Positions 22,801-32,838 are shown, counted from the stretch's first letter. The stretch is DNA of 64,000 nucleotides from an uncultured bacterium (GCA_963777505.1 CAVZQN010000008.1:160001-224000); one strand, 5' to 3'. Numbers and translations: made by a program. Notes: generated by a model not told the origin, from the letters alone.

Positions 22801-22820
22801 AACAAATCCAAAAGAATTAG
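19806..22820 (+). CDS. Cytoplasmic Ser/Thr kinase: TPR/SNAP-like repeats, pseudokinase domain, then intact kinase domain
   Basis: 'AA.LY' repeats; domain 1 has HRNLAPEN and SGFG; domain 2 has GTGGMG, VALK, HRDLKPQN, DFG, SPE. Confidence 0.9.
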   Translation: MVDYNKEARKAKREGDYSKAGDLYYLAGDEKSAMEMYLEGNHFALAARLLEKSEDWKGAAKYYMQSGKYVDAAEIFFSKLHDFRTASLMFEKHGDLSRASEMAERSGEFTRAGLLAERGELLDRAATLYMKARKHEKAANVYYKILQDLLKEKNDKGFLESYRERLEKVGQSAGMLFQKLNKFERAALCYESTENYTKAAECYTSAGMMEKAAELFYKMQNYERAYQLLIDGADGCENKELFADISYHLKRYQEAGDLYLLADRIPRAAEAYERGNNLYKSALLYESIEEFSHAAELYIQLKENKKAAELYEKCKNFEYASRLYEELGLTEKAIDCLTQANENIRAAKLLIRREEPQRAVALLQEIQSDHDEYQESCVLLGQLFTRMEMYEVALQKFAEAIREQPLSKDNIDVYYGMALAHEKATQYTKARDIYERILAVQFGYKDVLPRLDSIKKMNLLDGAPEGATPSSIKRIIANRYELTEQIGRDAFGALFKAQDITLGRTVLIRRFTAQEEDMTRNILEQSKIGSSLNHSTILAIYDSGKDGEHYFICTEYVDGPTLRQFIARGHIDISTICEIATQICLGLAYAHKKSIIHRNLAPENIYVTSGSQIKISGFGLDPRWEAGNSRITKQYLSPEHIMTQKIDSRSDLYSFGIILYEMVYGMPPFSGSDVELQHLKKHPVFHENTQRWSPAFLTRIIQKCLQKDKHQRYNTASEIVEELEVADIVPGMVLNERYEIIKEIGTGGMGRVYQARDRDLDEIVALKVLRAEISADPVIQRRFVREIKVARMITHPNVVKVFDIGKYKGNRYISMEYIQGISLDEWLKKNEKMEIRAMIPIMAKIVQGVLAAHSQGIIHRDLKPQNVLLDHSMNPHVLDFGIARSQAHIDATSSGQVMGSPKYMSPEQIQGRELDMRSDIYAVGVLMFYMFTGKEPFTGDEPRAIVMKHLTEQPPAMRKINPVVPEWLERIVLKTLEKDRNQRYSSLKELLEDLKRGYEQIQKN

Positions 22821-22828
22821 AATTTTTT

Positions 22829-22885
22829 GAAGGGGCCGCTCTTGTGGCGGCCCACAAACTGGGCGACCACAAGGATCGCCACTAC
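22829..22885. repeat. REP family B doublet
   Basis: GAAGGGGCCGCTCTTGTGGCGGCCC ... GGGCGACCACAAGGATCGCCACTAC. Confidence 0.8.
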
Positions 22886-22898
22886 GAAGGAGTTAGAA

Positions 22899-23588
22899 AT
22901 GAAAAATTTTGTTATCTTGTGCTGTATGTTTTTTACGGCCACAGTTTTTGCAGATGTTAAGTTGGTACAAAAAGTGAAGAGCGATCCGGTGATGGGTCAG
23001 AAAGCGACAGATGGAACCATGACAATTTACATCAAGAATGGTAAAGCACGAATCGATAACCCGAGCATAGGTGGATATTCGGTTGTGAATGTTACTGAAG
23101 GAAAAATATTTATGGTTAGTCCTGCCAAGAAGGAAGTCATGGTAATGACGAGCGAACAGATCAAACAAGCAACGGGCTTGCTCTCCCAGCTTATGGGTGG
23201 CAAAAGTGCGGCTCCTCCAAGCGTTCAGAAACTTGGCACCAGCAAAACCTACAATGGTTATAAATGCGATGAATACAAAATTTCTATGTCTTCACCCTTT
23301 CAATCCACTGGTGTTTACTGCGCATCACCAGAAATTGATTTGAAAAACGAATTATTACCTTTCATGGAACTGTCTCAGGAACTGTCGCAAGTGTTTGGCG
23401 GCGATGCTATGAAAAGCATGGAGGGCTATCCAGTTCACTCAGAATCAACTACAAGTATCATGGGACAAACGATGAAGTCTTCAACGGACCTGGTGAGTGT
23501 TAGCCGTGAAAATCAGCCTGATTCTTTGTTTGTAATTCCTGCAGACTACACAATTAAAACAGCGCCTATTCCAAAGCTCAATCAGTGA
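22899..23588 (+). CDS. Secreted DUF4412-like protein
   Basis: Signal peptide; 'G..KT.NGY.C..Y' and 'P.SLF.IP.DY' motifs; start reset after AAGGAG. Confidence 0.75.
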   Translation: MKNFVILCCMFFTATVFADVKLVQKVKSDPVMGQKATDGTMTIYIKNGKARIDNPSIGGYSVVNVTEGKIFMVSPAKKEVMVMTSEQIKQATGLLSQLMGGKSAAPPSVQKLGTSKTYNGYKCDEYKISMSSPFQSTGVYCASPEIDLKNELLPFMELSQELSQVFGGDAMKSMEGYPVHSESTTSIMGQTMKSSTDLVSVSRENQPDSLFVIPADYTIKTAPIPKLNQ

Positions 23589-23598
23589 TTCGTTTCCA

Positions 23599-24771
23599 AT
23601 GACTGAAAAATTATTCTGGAAGGATCCATATCAAAAGGAATTCACAGCCGATGTTCTGGAACAATTTGATGTTGCAGATGGACATGCTGTGGTTTTGGAT
23701 CGCACCTGCTTCTATGCAACTTCTGGCGGCCAACCCAATGATACAGGTACATTGGGTTCACTAGCAGTTAAAGATGTAAGAATCGATGATGGAAAACTTC
23801 TTCATATTACTGACAAGCCTGTAGATTCGAAAACAGTAACTGGCAGTATCAACTGGACTCATCGTTTCGATCACATGCAGCAGCACACAGGACAGCATAT
23901 CCTTTCTGCTGCATTTTTCCGGTTGTTTCAGGCAGAAACATCTTCGTTTCATCTAGGCGAACTTCTGTGCAGCATCGAACTCAACAAAACAAACCTTGGT
24001 CAAGCTCAAATCTCTGAAGCAGAAGATCTGGCGAATCATGTGATTCAATCTGCAACGGGTATAGAAACCTTTTTTGTCGACCCTGAGAAGGCTCATGAAT
24101 ATCCGTTACGTAAACGTTCTGACCTTTCAGAGAGTCTAAGGATAATAAGGATTGGTGACTTTGACTTATCTCCTTGCAGCGGAACACATGTACGGAATAG
24201 TGGAGAAATCGGATCTGTTTTTGTTCATTCATTCGAAAAATTATCGCGGACTATCAAGGTCTCTTTCTTGTGTGGGAATCGTGTTCGGACGTTATACCAT
24301 CGGGAGCTGTCTGTTTTAAAAGATGTATCCAAAAAGCTTACGACTTCATTTGATTTGCTTCCTGAGTCTATTGTTCGATTGCAATCGCAGATTAAAGAGC
24401 TTCGAAGAGAGAATATGCAGCTGAAAGAAACACGACTGAAATCAGAAGCCAGTGAATTGGCCGCTGATTCTCAGCATTGGAAAGATTGTAAGCTCGTAAT
24501 CCGCGTCTGGCCGCGGCCTTTTGAAGAAGTGAGATTCATTGCTCAACGGCTATCAGAACAAGAAAGTCTAATCGGAGTTTTAGTAAGCGCGTCGGAGCGT
24601 CGTTGTGCCTTTTTCAAACATCCGAATGTTTCTGTGGATCTCAAACCACTGTTTTCCCAATTTCTCGAAAGCACAGGCGGCCGTGGCGGCGGTCCTGCAC
24701 ATTTTATGGAAGCCGGTAATCTGAACGCTGCAAAGGATGCTGAAGCTGAGCTTCGTCATTTATTTTCGTGA
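23599..24771 (+). CDS. AlaX-type alanyl-tRNA editing protein with C-terminal DHHA1 domain
   Basis: SGGQPND, QHTGQH, CSGTH, GGRGGG. Confidence 0.9.
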   Translation: MTEKLFWKDPYQKEFTADVLEQFDVADGHAVVLDRTCFYATSGGQPNDTGTLGSLAVKDVRIDDGKLLHITDKPVDSKTVTGSINWTHRFDHMQQHTGQHILSAAFFRLFQAETSSFHLGELLCSIELNKTNLGQAQISEAEDLANHVIQSATGIETFFVDPEKAHEYPLRKRSDLSESLRIIRIGDFDLSPCSGTHVRNSGEIGSVFVHSFEKLSRTIKVSFLCGNRVRTLYHRELSVLKDVSKKLTTSFDLLPESIVRLQSQIKELRRENMQLKETRLKSEASELAADSQHWKDCKLVIRVWPRPFEEVRFIAQRLSEQESLIGVLVSASERRCAFFKHPNVSVDLKPLFSQFLESTGGRGGGPAHFMEAGNLNAAKDAEAELRHLFS

Positions 24772-24796
24772 AGTTCTGTCGCAAAGGCGCTGAGAA

Positions 24797-26152
24797 TTAA
24801 GAGGCGGCGCGTTCAGGACTAACAGCTGAATCCAGTTCGGCAGGTTTTTTTAGTTCACTCTCTTTGCTTTCAGTAAATGCAGGATCTGAATCAAAGTAGC
24901 CATCTAAATCAATTTCAAGATCGAAATCTTCCGTTTTTTCACGTTTAGAATTATTTTGAGACGTAGAATGTCTGTAAACTTTACCTTGTCTGTAAAGTGA
25001 ACTTAGTTTTTGTGCGTACGAATTATTTCCTGGCTGCGAATCTTGCAATAGGAGCAGCCATTCTTCCGCTTCTTGATACATCCCACGTTTCAGATATGCA
25101 TCAACAAGCGATTCATAGGCCGAACTGAGTTCGTCTTGTTTGTTTTCCGATTCATATAGATCGATCAGCTTTTTCCATGCAGGGAAAAAAGAACTGTCGA
25201 GATTCAAAATACGCCTTAAAAGTGCAGAAGATTTTCGGACGTCTGGATGTTCCCTTTGTTCGTGAATTGCAATTTCAAATTGTCGAAAAGCACTCTCCAT
25301 GTCTCCGCTATGAAGATAGAGTTCGCCTTTAAGAATGAAATATGGCTCTTTGCACTCAGTCGTTTCTAACGTTTTGTTAATCAAACCATGCATTCGAGCC
25401 ATTGATGCAGCGTTCGTATGTGTTTTGATAATCAATCCAAGAATCTCTAAATCACCGACAGCCGTATTAATGAAATCTTGCAAAGATTTTCGTGCGTGAT
25501 CAATGTCGTTTAATTCCAAATAGGCCCACAACGTTTTCCACTGAACGGCAGCATTCTGTGGATTCAATTCTTTTGCTTTAATCAAGAATGGCAAAGCCTG
25601 TTCAGGATTGTTCCGCTGCAAATATTGTTTGCTGATCGCAAGGTACAAGCTTGTTGCTTCGGATGCCATTCCCTCCCGGTGATATAAACTTGCAAGTTCA
25701 CTGCGTACTTCCAGATTTTGCGGATCAATCTCAAGCAATTTGTGATAGAGCTTGATGATCTCGCGAGTCTTTCCCATCTTTTCAAATTCTTCAGCCGCTG
25801 CCAAAATCTCAAACCGAGCTTCAGCGAGCATTCCCTGACGAGCGTAAAGGTCTGCTAGCTTAAGCCGTACTTCAATCAGCCCCGGAGAGATCCGGAGAAT
25901 TCTCTTGTAAATCGCTATCCCCTTTAATAAAAATCCGTCTGCGCAATATTGCTCGGATGCTTTTTGTAAAAACTTAATCGCTTGAACTTCGTTGTTTATT
26001 TTCAAATAAAGATCGCCTAACAAAAGCATCAAGTTGCAATCGTTCGGCATTTCTTTCAGCCCTTTTAATGCCTCATCAATTGCATGTCTGGTCTTGCCAG
26101 TACTCAAATGCTTTTGGATGTTTTTTAGAATTCCGCCTTTATCGAAGTTCAT
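24797..26152 (-). CDS. Tetratricopeptide repeat protein
   Basis: Multiple TPR units; acidic low-complexity tail. Confidence 0.85.
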   Translation of the reverse strand: MNFDKGGILKNIQKHLSTGKTRHAIDEALKGLKEMPNDCNLMLLLGDLYLKINNEVQAIKFLQKASEQYCADGFLLKGIAIYKRILRISPGLIEVRLKLADLYARQGMLAEARFEILAAAEEFEKMGKTREIIKLYHKLLEIDPQNLEVRSELASLYHREGMASEATSLYLAISKQYLQRNNPEQALPFLIKAKELNPQNAAVQWKTLWAYLELNDIDHARKSLQDFINTAVGDLEILGLIIKTHTNAASMARMHGLINKTLETTECKEPYFILKGELYLHSGDMESAFRQFEIAIHEQREHPDVRKSSALLRRILNLDSSFFPAWKKLIDLYESENKQDELSSAYESLVDAYLKRGMYQEAEEWLLLLQDSQPGNNSYAQKLSSLYRQGKVYRHSTSQNNSKREKTEDFDLEIDLDGYFDSDPAFTESKESELKKPAELDSAVSPERAAS

Positions 26153-26175
26153 AGACCATTTTCCAGCCTTGCTAA

Positions 26176-26191
26176 AGCAAATTCCGTGCCT
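26176..26191 (-). promoter_or_regulatory. Sigma54 (-24/-12) promoter of the TPR gene
   Basis: Minus strand AGGCACGGAATTTGCT, GG-N10-GC, 24 nt upstream of the ATG. Confidence 0.65.
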
Positions 26192-26397
26192 CTCAGGTCT
26201 CGACGAGACCCTCGACGATTCAGGCGTTTAAGAAATGGACAAATGTCCTCTAAACTCCATAAAATGAATAGGTTACAAATACCATTGCGATCCAGCGCAA
26301 TGTGTTTGGTTTTTGAACGAACCGCTATTCGGTTGAACCAATGGAAGCGAAACTCTATGATTGAGAAGAAAAATGATCTGTAATGGTTGAGGAATGA

Positions 26398-26828
26398 ATG
26401 GGTGGTTCAAATCCGTACATAAAGGCAAGCGAAATTGTTTTGCCGAAAACAAAATATAAGATCCGTTTTGAGCCAGAAGATCCCTCCGTTGGCGAAGCAA
26501 AAACGGTCGAGGTAGATCCAGAAAAAATTCCTTACGAGAACATCGGACAGCCCGGTCTGTATTTTGCAAATTGCTTTGGCAAATGGAATTCAAATTGAAC
26601 ATGTGTGCGGCGGTGTGTGCGCATGTTCAACGTGCCACATCATTGTGAAAGAAGGTTGGAAACAACAAATGAAGCGACTGATGATGAATATGATCAGTTA
26701 GAAGAAGCGCCCGGTACTACAATGCAATCACGTCTTTCGTGCCAACAGTGCCCGATGGGACAAAAGATATTCGTGTGGTTATCCCTGGTTGGAATAGGAA
26801 TTTTGTAAAAGAAACGCCGCACGATTAA
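26398..26828 (+). pseudogene. fdx: 2Fe-2S ferredoxin (ISC/adrenodoxin type) with about three frameshifts, probably sequencing errors
   Basis: Joined frames read MGGSNPY... / IEHVCGGVCACSTCHIIV / EYDQLEEAPG..SRLSCQ / VPDGTKDIRVVIPGWNRNFVKE. Confidence 0.8.
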
Positions 26829-28830
26829 TCTTGTTGATTTTGAATTCGCACTGACTCAATGGCATCTCCGATCTCGGTACTATCAACGAATTCCATTCCG
26901 GAAACAACTTCGCCGAATATCGTGTAATTGCCATCTAGATGCGGCTGTCGCGACATTGTGATAAAAAACTGAGACCCGCCTGTATCTTTTCCTGCGAGCG
27001 GCATGCCAACCATTCCGCGTTTATAAACATGCCGGTTCATTTCATCATGAACAATCGTCCCGGCACTTCCCCATCCATCTCCGCGCGGGTCGCCGCCTTG
27101 AATCACAAAGTTTGGAACAACACGATGGATCCGTAATCCATCATATGATTTTTGCTTTGTTAAATTTATGAAATTCTGAACATGAATTGGTGCATCGTTT
27201 CCGAACAGACGAATGACAACTTTTCCTTTTGAAAGCTGCATCTCAACAAGCGAATCAGAAATAGGCTTCTCAAAATCAACTGGATATTTTCCTTGTACTT
27301 CTTTTGAAACTTTCCCTGTTAAGTAGAGAAATCGTCAAGGCTTTCAACTTTGCCATCATGAAGCCAGTCCGGTCCATTTAATTTTTTCATGGCTTCAATT
27401 GCGCGTTGACGTACAGCATATTCAGGATCCTTTAAAGCAAGATTAAGAATTGAAATCGCACGCGAATCGCGGTATGAGGTCACTGCATCAAGAATTGCTG
27501 CTCTACCTTCGATTTCCGTTGGATTCGATGACATTGCATATGCTTCGATCAAAGCTGGCACGTATTTAGAGTCGTTGGTTTTTGCCAGAATCTCGGCGGC
27601 AATTGCGCGGATCGTGAAGTCCGCACTTTTCAACAATGGCTCAAGGATTTCGGCCGATTCGGGCATATATTCACCGAGGGATTCAATAGCCGCTTGTCTG
27701 ACAACGCTCTCAGAGTCTGCCATTAATTTGCGCAAGAGCGACAATGCGTAATCTTTGCCCATACCGGGAATCGAGCGTGCAGCCTGCGCGCGAACAATCC
27801 AGGAAGGATCCGATGCAGCACGCTGAAGAGCTGGAAAAGTTTCATCCTTCTCTTCTTTGGTTATTAATTGAAGAGCTGCCGCACGGATAGTGTGCTGCCG
27901 ATCACTTAACAATTTCATCTTCTCTTCAACTCCGGCACACCGCAGCGTACCCATAACTTCAATCGATTTAATACGAGTTAATGTATTCATGGTAAAAACC
28001 GAATCCCGTATCGCTGCACACACATCATTCTTCCCTGCGGCTCCCGCTGCATCGAGCGCATTTTGACGGACACGCTGATCGGGATGTGCAAACATCGATT
28101 TGTATTCCTGATCTGTCAGCGGCTCTTTTAAGGTCCAGAATGTCTTTAGCGCAAACAATAATGAGGATGGATCGCCTGTAGATGGACTTGGTGAAGGATT
28201 GGCCAAAATTTCATGCAACATTGGAATCGCACGGCGATCGGCAAGACGATAAAGAGCGTAAATATAGCTCCACTGCGCTTGATCTTGTTTGCGACTCTTG
28301 TCAATGAGTACAGATACAGTGCTGCGGTCTTTGATCAAGGCAAGCGCTAAAGCAGTTTGTTCGCGAATGGCCTGGCGTTCGTGATCAAGAAACGGAAGAA
28401 TGACACTGGTTGTTTCCAAACCACCAATTCTGCCGGCTGCTTCAATCGCAAGACGTTGAACTTCTTCGTCTTTGTCTTTGAGCAGCGCGAATGTTAACGG
28501 CAATCCTTTGCGCGACTTTATTTGACCGAGAGCGAATGCAACTTCACGCCGTACTACAGGATCCGGATCTTTGATCAAGCTCTGCAATGAAGACAGAATT
28601 GCAGGATTACCGATCCTGCCTGCAGCCAGAACAGCACGGCTTCTGATTTTTGCGTCATTAGAATCAAAATATCCAGCAAGATGAATATCCGGCTCTGCCT
28701 GAAGCATCCTTTCATTTTCAAGGATCGCAATCATTCGATAAGAACTTTCCGCTTCAGCAGTCGAAGCGAAAAGAACGAAGAAGAGAATAATTTTTATGAA
28801 GCTTTGCGTCTTAGCGGTTGAGCTATTCAC
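26825..28830 (-). CDS. HEAT-repeat / cyclophilin-type peptidyl-prolyl isomerase fusion, split by a frameshift at ~27327
   Basis: HEAT ORF 27319-28830 continues in another frame (LYLTGKVSKE...EMQLSKG) into HRVVPNFVIQGGDP, GSQFFI, HLDGNYTIFG. Confidence 0.8.
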
Positions 28831-30914
28831 TGTTGCATGTGTCGTAAGCGATCGAGAGACAATCGTACATGAAGTTGATCGATTTCGGTAAGGTTATAAT
28901 TCCCGAATCTTGTACGGTAAAACAAATTCGTAATTTGATCGAGGTCCTTTCTGACATCTTGGGGAATCGTGGTTTGAATTGATTCCATAAACTCGGCAGG
29001 TGTTGAGTTTGCATCACGGATGAAGCCTCTCCGTTCCAAAATAGACAGCATTTCCTGATAAAACAGAATTGGACTCCGGCTGATTTTTCTCGCACGCCGT
29101 CTCCGAAGAACGAGGCGCAAGGCAATTCCCATTGCGACAAGAGCAGTAACAACGATTGCAATGATTTCTCTATTTGTTTTCCACCACGCTGTTAAGCTTT
29201 CTAAAATTCCAAGGGGACGATCCTTTTCGGCTGCCACTTGCGTCTTCAATTCACGGTAGCGATCCCGAACTGCACTAAATGCATCCAGCTGATCCTGGCC
29301 GGAATAAATCAGAATGTAACGGTCCCAAAAAAAGTTAATCGATTCCATAATCTTGCGGAAATCCATTTGCCAGAATCCGGAATTCGATACAAGCAATTCC
29401 GGTCTTGGCGATGGATCAAATGCTACCCATGTGCCGTCTAAATATACTTCCACCCAGGAATGAGCATCGCTGTTAAGAACGACATAAAAGCCGCCAAGCT
29501 CGTTGTACTCACCTTCCAAAAATCCGTGCACAATGCGAGCTGGAATATTAATGTGCCGTAAAAGAATAACCATACTTGTAGCAAAATATTCACAATGTCC
29601 CGATTTAGTGTCGAAAAGAAATTTTGAAACCGGATCCTTTCGATCTTGAGCGATGTTCGTCAATGAATACGCATAATTACTTTCTAAATGGCGCTTAACA
29701 GCCATGACTTTGTCAAAGGTGGATGATTCATCGTTTGTTATTGAACGCGCCAGCTCTTCAATTCTTGAGGAACGTTTCGGAAGCTGAAGTTGATACCTGA
29801 GGATCGGCTCGGGCAAGGGCTTGCTCTCAGCAGAACGCAAACTTTCAATGGATGGCCGTATCGGACTACTGAATACCTCGTATGATTGAGCACGTCCCAT
29901 CGCCATTAATGATCCATTTGTATCCCGGCTCACTTCACCGAAATTTCCTTTGAGTTTCAAAATTCGATCAAGTCCAAAAATGACACGAGTGTCTAGCGGT
30001 TCCATATAAAACTCTTGATGAACCAATTGCGTATCATTTCCGATATATCTTGAAGAATGAAAAACCCCTTCACTATGTTTTCTTAAAAAACGGTTTCCTG
30101 GATAACCCGTACTCCAGGTTTTGCCGTCATAGTGGTCGTAGGAAATTCCACGCCAGTAGTAACGATAGTTAGGATCCGTATTTACCGGTGTGACTTTCAC
30201 ACGCATCGCTACATCCGTATTTTCTTGAATACTTGCGATGTCTCCAAGACTCACTTTCTGTGAAAAACCACTAACATGCTGAGCTTTTCCAGAAGTAAAT
30301 TCACCTAAATATCCGAGCTGCATACGAGGGAGAATAAAAAAGATCATAAGAGCGATCGCAAATGTTAAAAAGCCTGCAACCAGCATGCTGAAAACATACC
30401 AACCACTAAAGAGAGAAAAAGGAAACTGTTTTGAATCATCCTGCTGCCATTCCTGAAAAAGTGTTAGCGAAACAATGTTCCAAATAAGCATCAAGATATA
30501 GCCAACAATCATGTAAAACATTTCGATTTCAACGCTCAATGATGATGCTGCAAGAACGGTTAGAAAAGTAAGCAGGTAAAGCTGGTAGTAGTCTCGAATG
30601 GAATACAGGTTAAACATTTTGTTGATCAAAATGAAAATGAATAAATGTACGAGTGCGGGAGCAAGTGCTTGCGAAATTTTCAACAGATCAAAAAAGAAAA
30701 ATATCAAATAGCCGAATGAAGCGATTTCCCAAATGCTGGTTCGCGCGGAAGATGGCTTCTTGAACCATGCCAGCACTAACGCGCCAGTCAGCACCAAAGC
30801 AGATCCGGCCATCCGTTGTGTTAAGGCGAGTGACAGCGCACTCGCTGCAACAAGCATAAATCCGCCAAGACGAACGGAACGCTGAACCTGCTGAAAGTTT
30901 AATGTTTCCTTCAT
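28827..30914 (-). CDS. Membrane transglutaminase-like protein (DUF3488/TgpA type with C-terminal DUF4129)
   Basis: N-terminal TM helices; GHCEYFAT, AHSWVEVY, FDPSP catalytic motifs. Confidence 0.9.
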   Translation of the reverse strand: MKETLNFQQVQRSVRLGGFMLVAASALSLALTQRMAGSALVLTGALVLAWFKKPSSARTSIWEIASFGYLIFFFFDLLKISQALAPALVHLFIFILINKMFNLYSIRDYYQLYLLTFLTVLAASSLSVEIEMFYMIVGYILMLIWNIVSLTLFQEWQQDDSKQFPFSLFSGWYVFSMLVAGFLTFAIALMIFFILPRMQLGYLGEFTSGKAQHVSGFSQKVSLGDIASIQENTDVAMRVKVTPVNTDPNYRYYWRGISYDHYDGKTWSTGYPGNRFLRKHSEGVFHSSRYIGNDTQLVHQEFYMEPLDTRVIFGLDRILKLKGNFGEVSRDTNGSLMAMGRAQSYEVFSSPIRPSIESLRSAESKPLPEPILRYQLQLPKRSSRIEELARSITNDESSTFDKVMAVKRHLESNYAYSLTNIAQDRKDPVSKFLFDTKSGHCEYFATSMVILLRHINIPARIVHGFLEGEYNELGGFYVVLNSDAHSWVEVYLDGTWVAFDPSPRPELLVSNSGFWQMDFRKIMESINFFWDRYILIYSGQDQLDAFSAVRDRYRELKTQVAAEKDRPLGILESLTAWWKTNREIIAIVVTALVAMGIALRLVLRRRRARKISRSPILFYQEMLSILERRGFIRDANSTPAEFMESIQTTIPQDVRKDLDQITNLFYRTRFGNYNLTEIDQLHVRLSLDRLRHMQQ

Positions 30915-32032
30915 AATTCTTTAACGGAATCTAACATTGGGAAATCTTCGATCCATACAATCCGTGATCTTGGCCAATCCACTGTCATGGAAGGAGTAAT
31001 CGATCGAGAACGGATAACCAATACAACTGCTTCTTCATTTGATGGTCTTCGAAAATTTCCTGAAGGGGGTGTCAGCCTGAGCTCTGAAAGATAATCAAGC
31101 AATTGAGTAAGCGTGGCTTCACCACCACCAATTTCAAATGTGGAATCAGGAAAAGAGAACATTGCACGATATCCTTTCTCTAAAGCTTTAAATGCGATCG
31201 ATGCTAAAACACTGATCCCTTTTTCCTGTGCGATTGACTTGCCTGATCCTCCTGGAAAACAATCGAAGTACACTGTAAAGTCCAAGCTCTGATCGCGCTG
31301 AAACTCCTTTACAAGAAACTTTTCTATTTTCGCGCTTGCTTTCCAATGGATTCTTTTGCTGGAGTCCATAGGTTTGTAATCACGCAAATGGAGTAACTGT
31401 GGACTTTCGCCCCTGTAGGGTGATTCTTTTGCGAAACCATCACTAAAACGCGCAAGCGCATCATCGGCGATTTTGTAAATTTTTGGATAAACACGAATCG
31501 TTTGGTTTACAGTTAAACGCCGAACCTTAATGAAAAACGAAAACGGAAATTTCGTCCTGAGCTCTATTTCTGACAATCGATATGTTCCACGTTGCGGAAA
31601 TAGTACATTGAGAAATGCAACGACCTTCGCTGCAGCGGGAATATAAAAGAAGTATTTGTCTGCTGAGGGAAATCCTTTGTCTCTCAAAGCGAATCGTACC
31701 CCGATCGAGGGCAACCGCGTTTTATGATTCACAACTGAAACAAAACAGTTTGCTGGAACTTCTGAAAAAATATGCGAAGGAAATTCAATAACACTCGAAA
31801 TTCCATTCAAAATTCGCCGGCTCATAATTCCAGAAACAACAATGAGTCCCAGCATCAGGGAAAAAATCAGATACAAAATGTTGTTCCCCGTATTGACCGC
31901 AGCAGCGCCTATGGCGAGAGAAAGAAAAATAAAGATCAAACCTTCACGGGTAAATTCAACGGTTACCGGTAAACGAGGGAGCCGGATTCTTAGAAATTCA
32001 GGTAAAAACCGCCGCAATGGGATCGCATTCAT
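30911..32032 (-). CDS. DUF58 family protein
   Basis: 'TREG', 'NTGNN', 'LRDY...D....IHWKASA' motifs; start chosen at MNAIPL. Confidence 0.88.
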   Translation of the reverse strand: MNAIPLRRFLPEFLRIRLPRLPVTVEFTREGLIFIFLSLAIGAAAVNTGNNILYLIFSLMLGLIVVSGIMSRRILNGISSVIEFPSHIFSEVPANCFVSVVNHKTRLPSIGVRFALRDKGFPSADKYFFYIPAAAKVVAFLNVLFPQRGTYRLSEIELRTKFPFSFFIKVRRLTVNQTIRVYPKIYKIADDALARFSDGFAKESPYRGESPQLLHLRDYKPMDSSKRIHWKASAKIEKFLVKEFQRDQSLDFTVYFDCFPGGSGKSIAQEKGISVLASIAFKALEKGYRAMFSFPDSTFEIGGGEATLTQLLDYLSELRLTPPSGNFRRPSNEEAVVLVIRSRSITPSMTVDWPRSRIVWIEDFPMLDSVKEL

Positions 32033-32062
32033 AGCTTCCATTATAAATAAAGTCAAAAACAG

Positions 32063-32106
32063 TTGACTCCATTGAGGTATTTTGGTATATTTATACCAAA
32101 GTACCA
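32063..32106 (+). promoter_or_regulatory. Sigma70 promoter overlapped by a palindromic operator
   Basis: TTGACT-N17-TATATT; inverted repeat TTTGGTATA-TT-TATACCAAA (32081-32100). Confidence 0.65.
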
Positions 32107-32127
32107 GACGGGAGGTTACTTACTACG

Positions 32128-32415
32128 ATGAGTCCCAAGGTGCCAAAGAAAAAAGCGGAAGATCTTCTTGTGATTGAACGAGTTCAAACTGGAGTCCGTC
32201 TTGAGAAACGGATTTTGAAGGTACTCAAAGCTCTTGCTGAATACTATGACATGACGCTTGGTGACCTTCTGGAAGGAATCATACTTCACACTTTTGATGG
32301 TAAAACTCCGTTTTCTTCAGAGTCACTCGCTCACATAAAAGAACTAAAACGGATTTACAAATTAGATCTTGATTCAAGTCACAGTCACAAATTGCGCGAA
32401 CAATCAACAAACTAA
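32128..32415 (+). CDS. Small conserved protein, possibly ribbon-helix-helix DNA-binding
   Basis: GGAGG RBS; 'RVQTGVRLEKRILKVLKALAE..DMTLGDLLE' fits a strand-helix-helix pattern. Confidence 0.65.
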   Translation: MSPKVPKKKAEDLLVIERVQTGVRLEKRILKVLKALAEYYDMTLGDLLEGIILHTFDGKTPFSSESLAHIKELKRIYKLDLDSSHSHKLREQSTN

Positions 32416-32426
32416 GGAGATTGAAA

Positions 32427-32828
32427 ATGCAACTGACAGAAACCGAATTCGTCAAACAATTCGAAGCTGCCACTTTGCCGCCGGAAGACTTTCATCACAC
32501 AGAACATGTGCGAATAGCCTGGATTTACATCAGGGATTATCCGGCACTTGAGGCTCTACAACGGTTCTGTAAGTATTTAAAACAATTTGCGGCAGCAAAT
32601 GGGCATCACAACCTCTATCACGAAACAATTACATGGGCATACTTTCTACTCATTCAAGAAAGGATTCAAAAGAGTAAAGGAATAACGTGGGAACTTTTTG
32701 TGGAGGCGAATAAAGATTTATTGGATTGGAAAAACTCAATTCTGAAAAAATACTACAGCGATCAAACTCTGAAATCGGACCTCGCCAGATCAGTATTCGT
32801 TTTTCCTGACTTACCTATCTCCGCCTGA
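32427..32828 (+). CDS. Conserved hypothetical protein
   Basis: AAGGAG RBS; 'F.H..HVR.AW', 'YHETIT' and 'YYS...L.S..AR..F..PD' motifs. Confidence 0.75.
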   Translation: MQLTETEFVKQFEAATLPPEDFHHTEHVRIAWIYIRDYPALEALQRFCKYLKQFAAANGHHNLYHETITWAYFLLIQERIQKSKGITWELFVEANKDLLDWKNSILKKYYSDQTLKSDLARSVFVFPDLPISA

Positions 32829-32838
32829 TCCGAATCTT

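Noticed and set aside
26398-27330. Programmed ribosomal frameshifting in fdx or the HEAT-cyclophilin gene
   Set aside because: No convincing slippery heptamer with a downstream structure; the indel density across the window points to sequencing error
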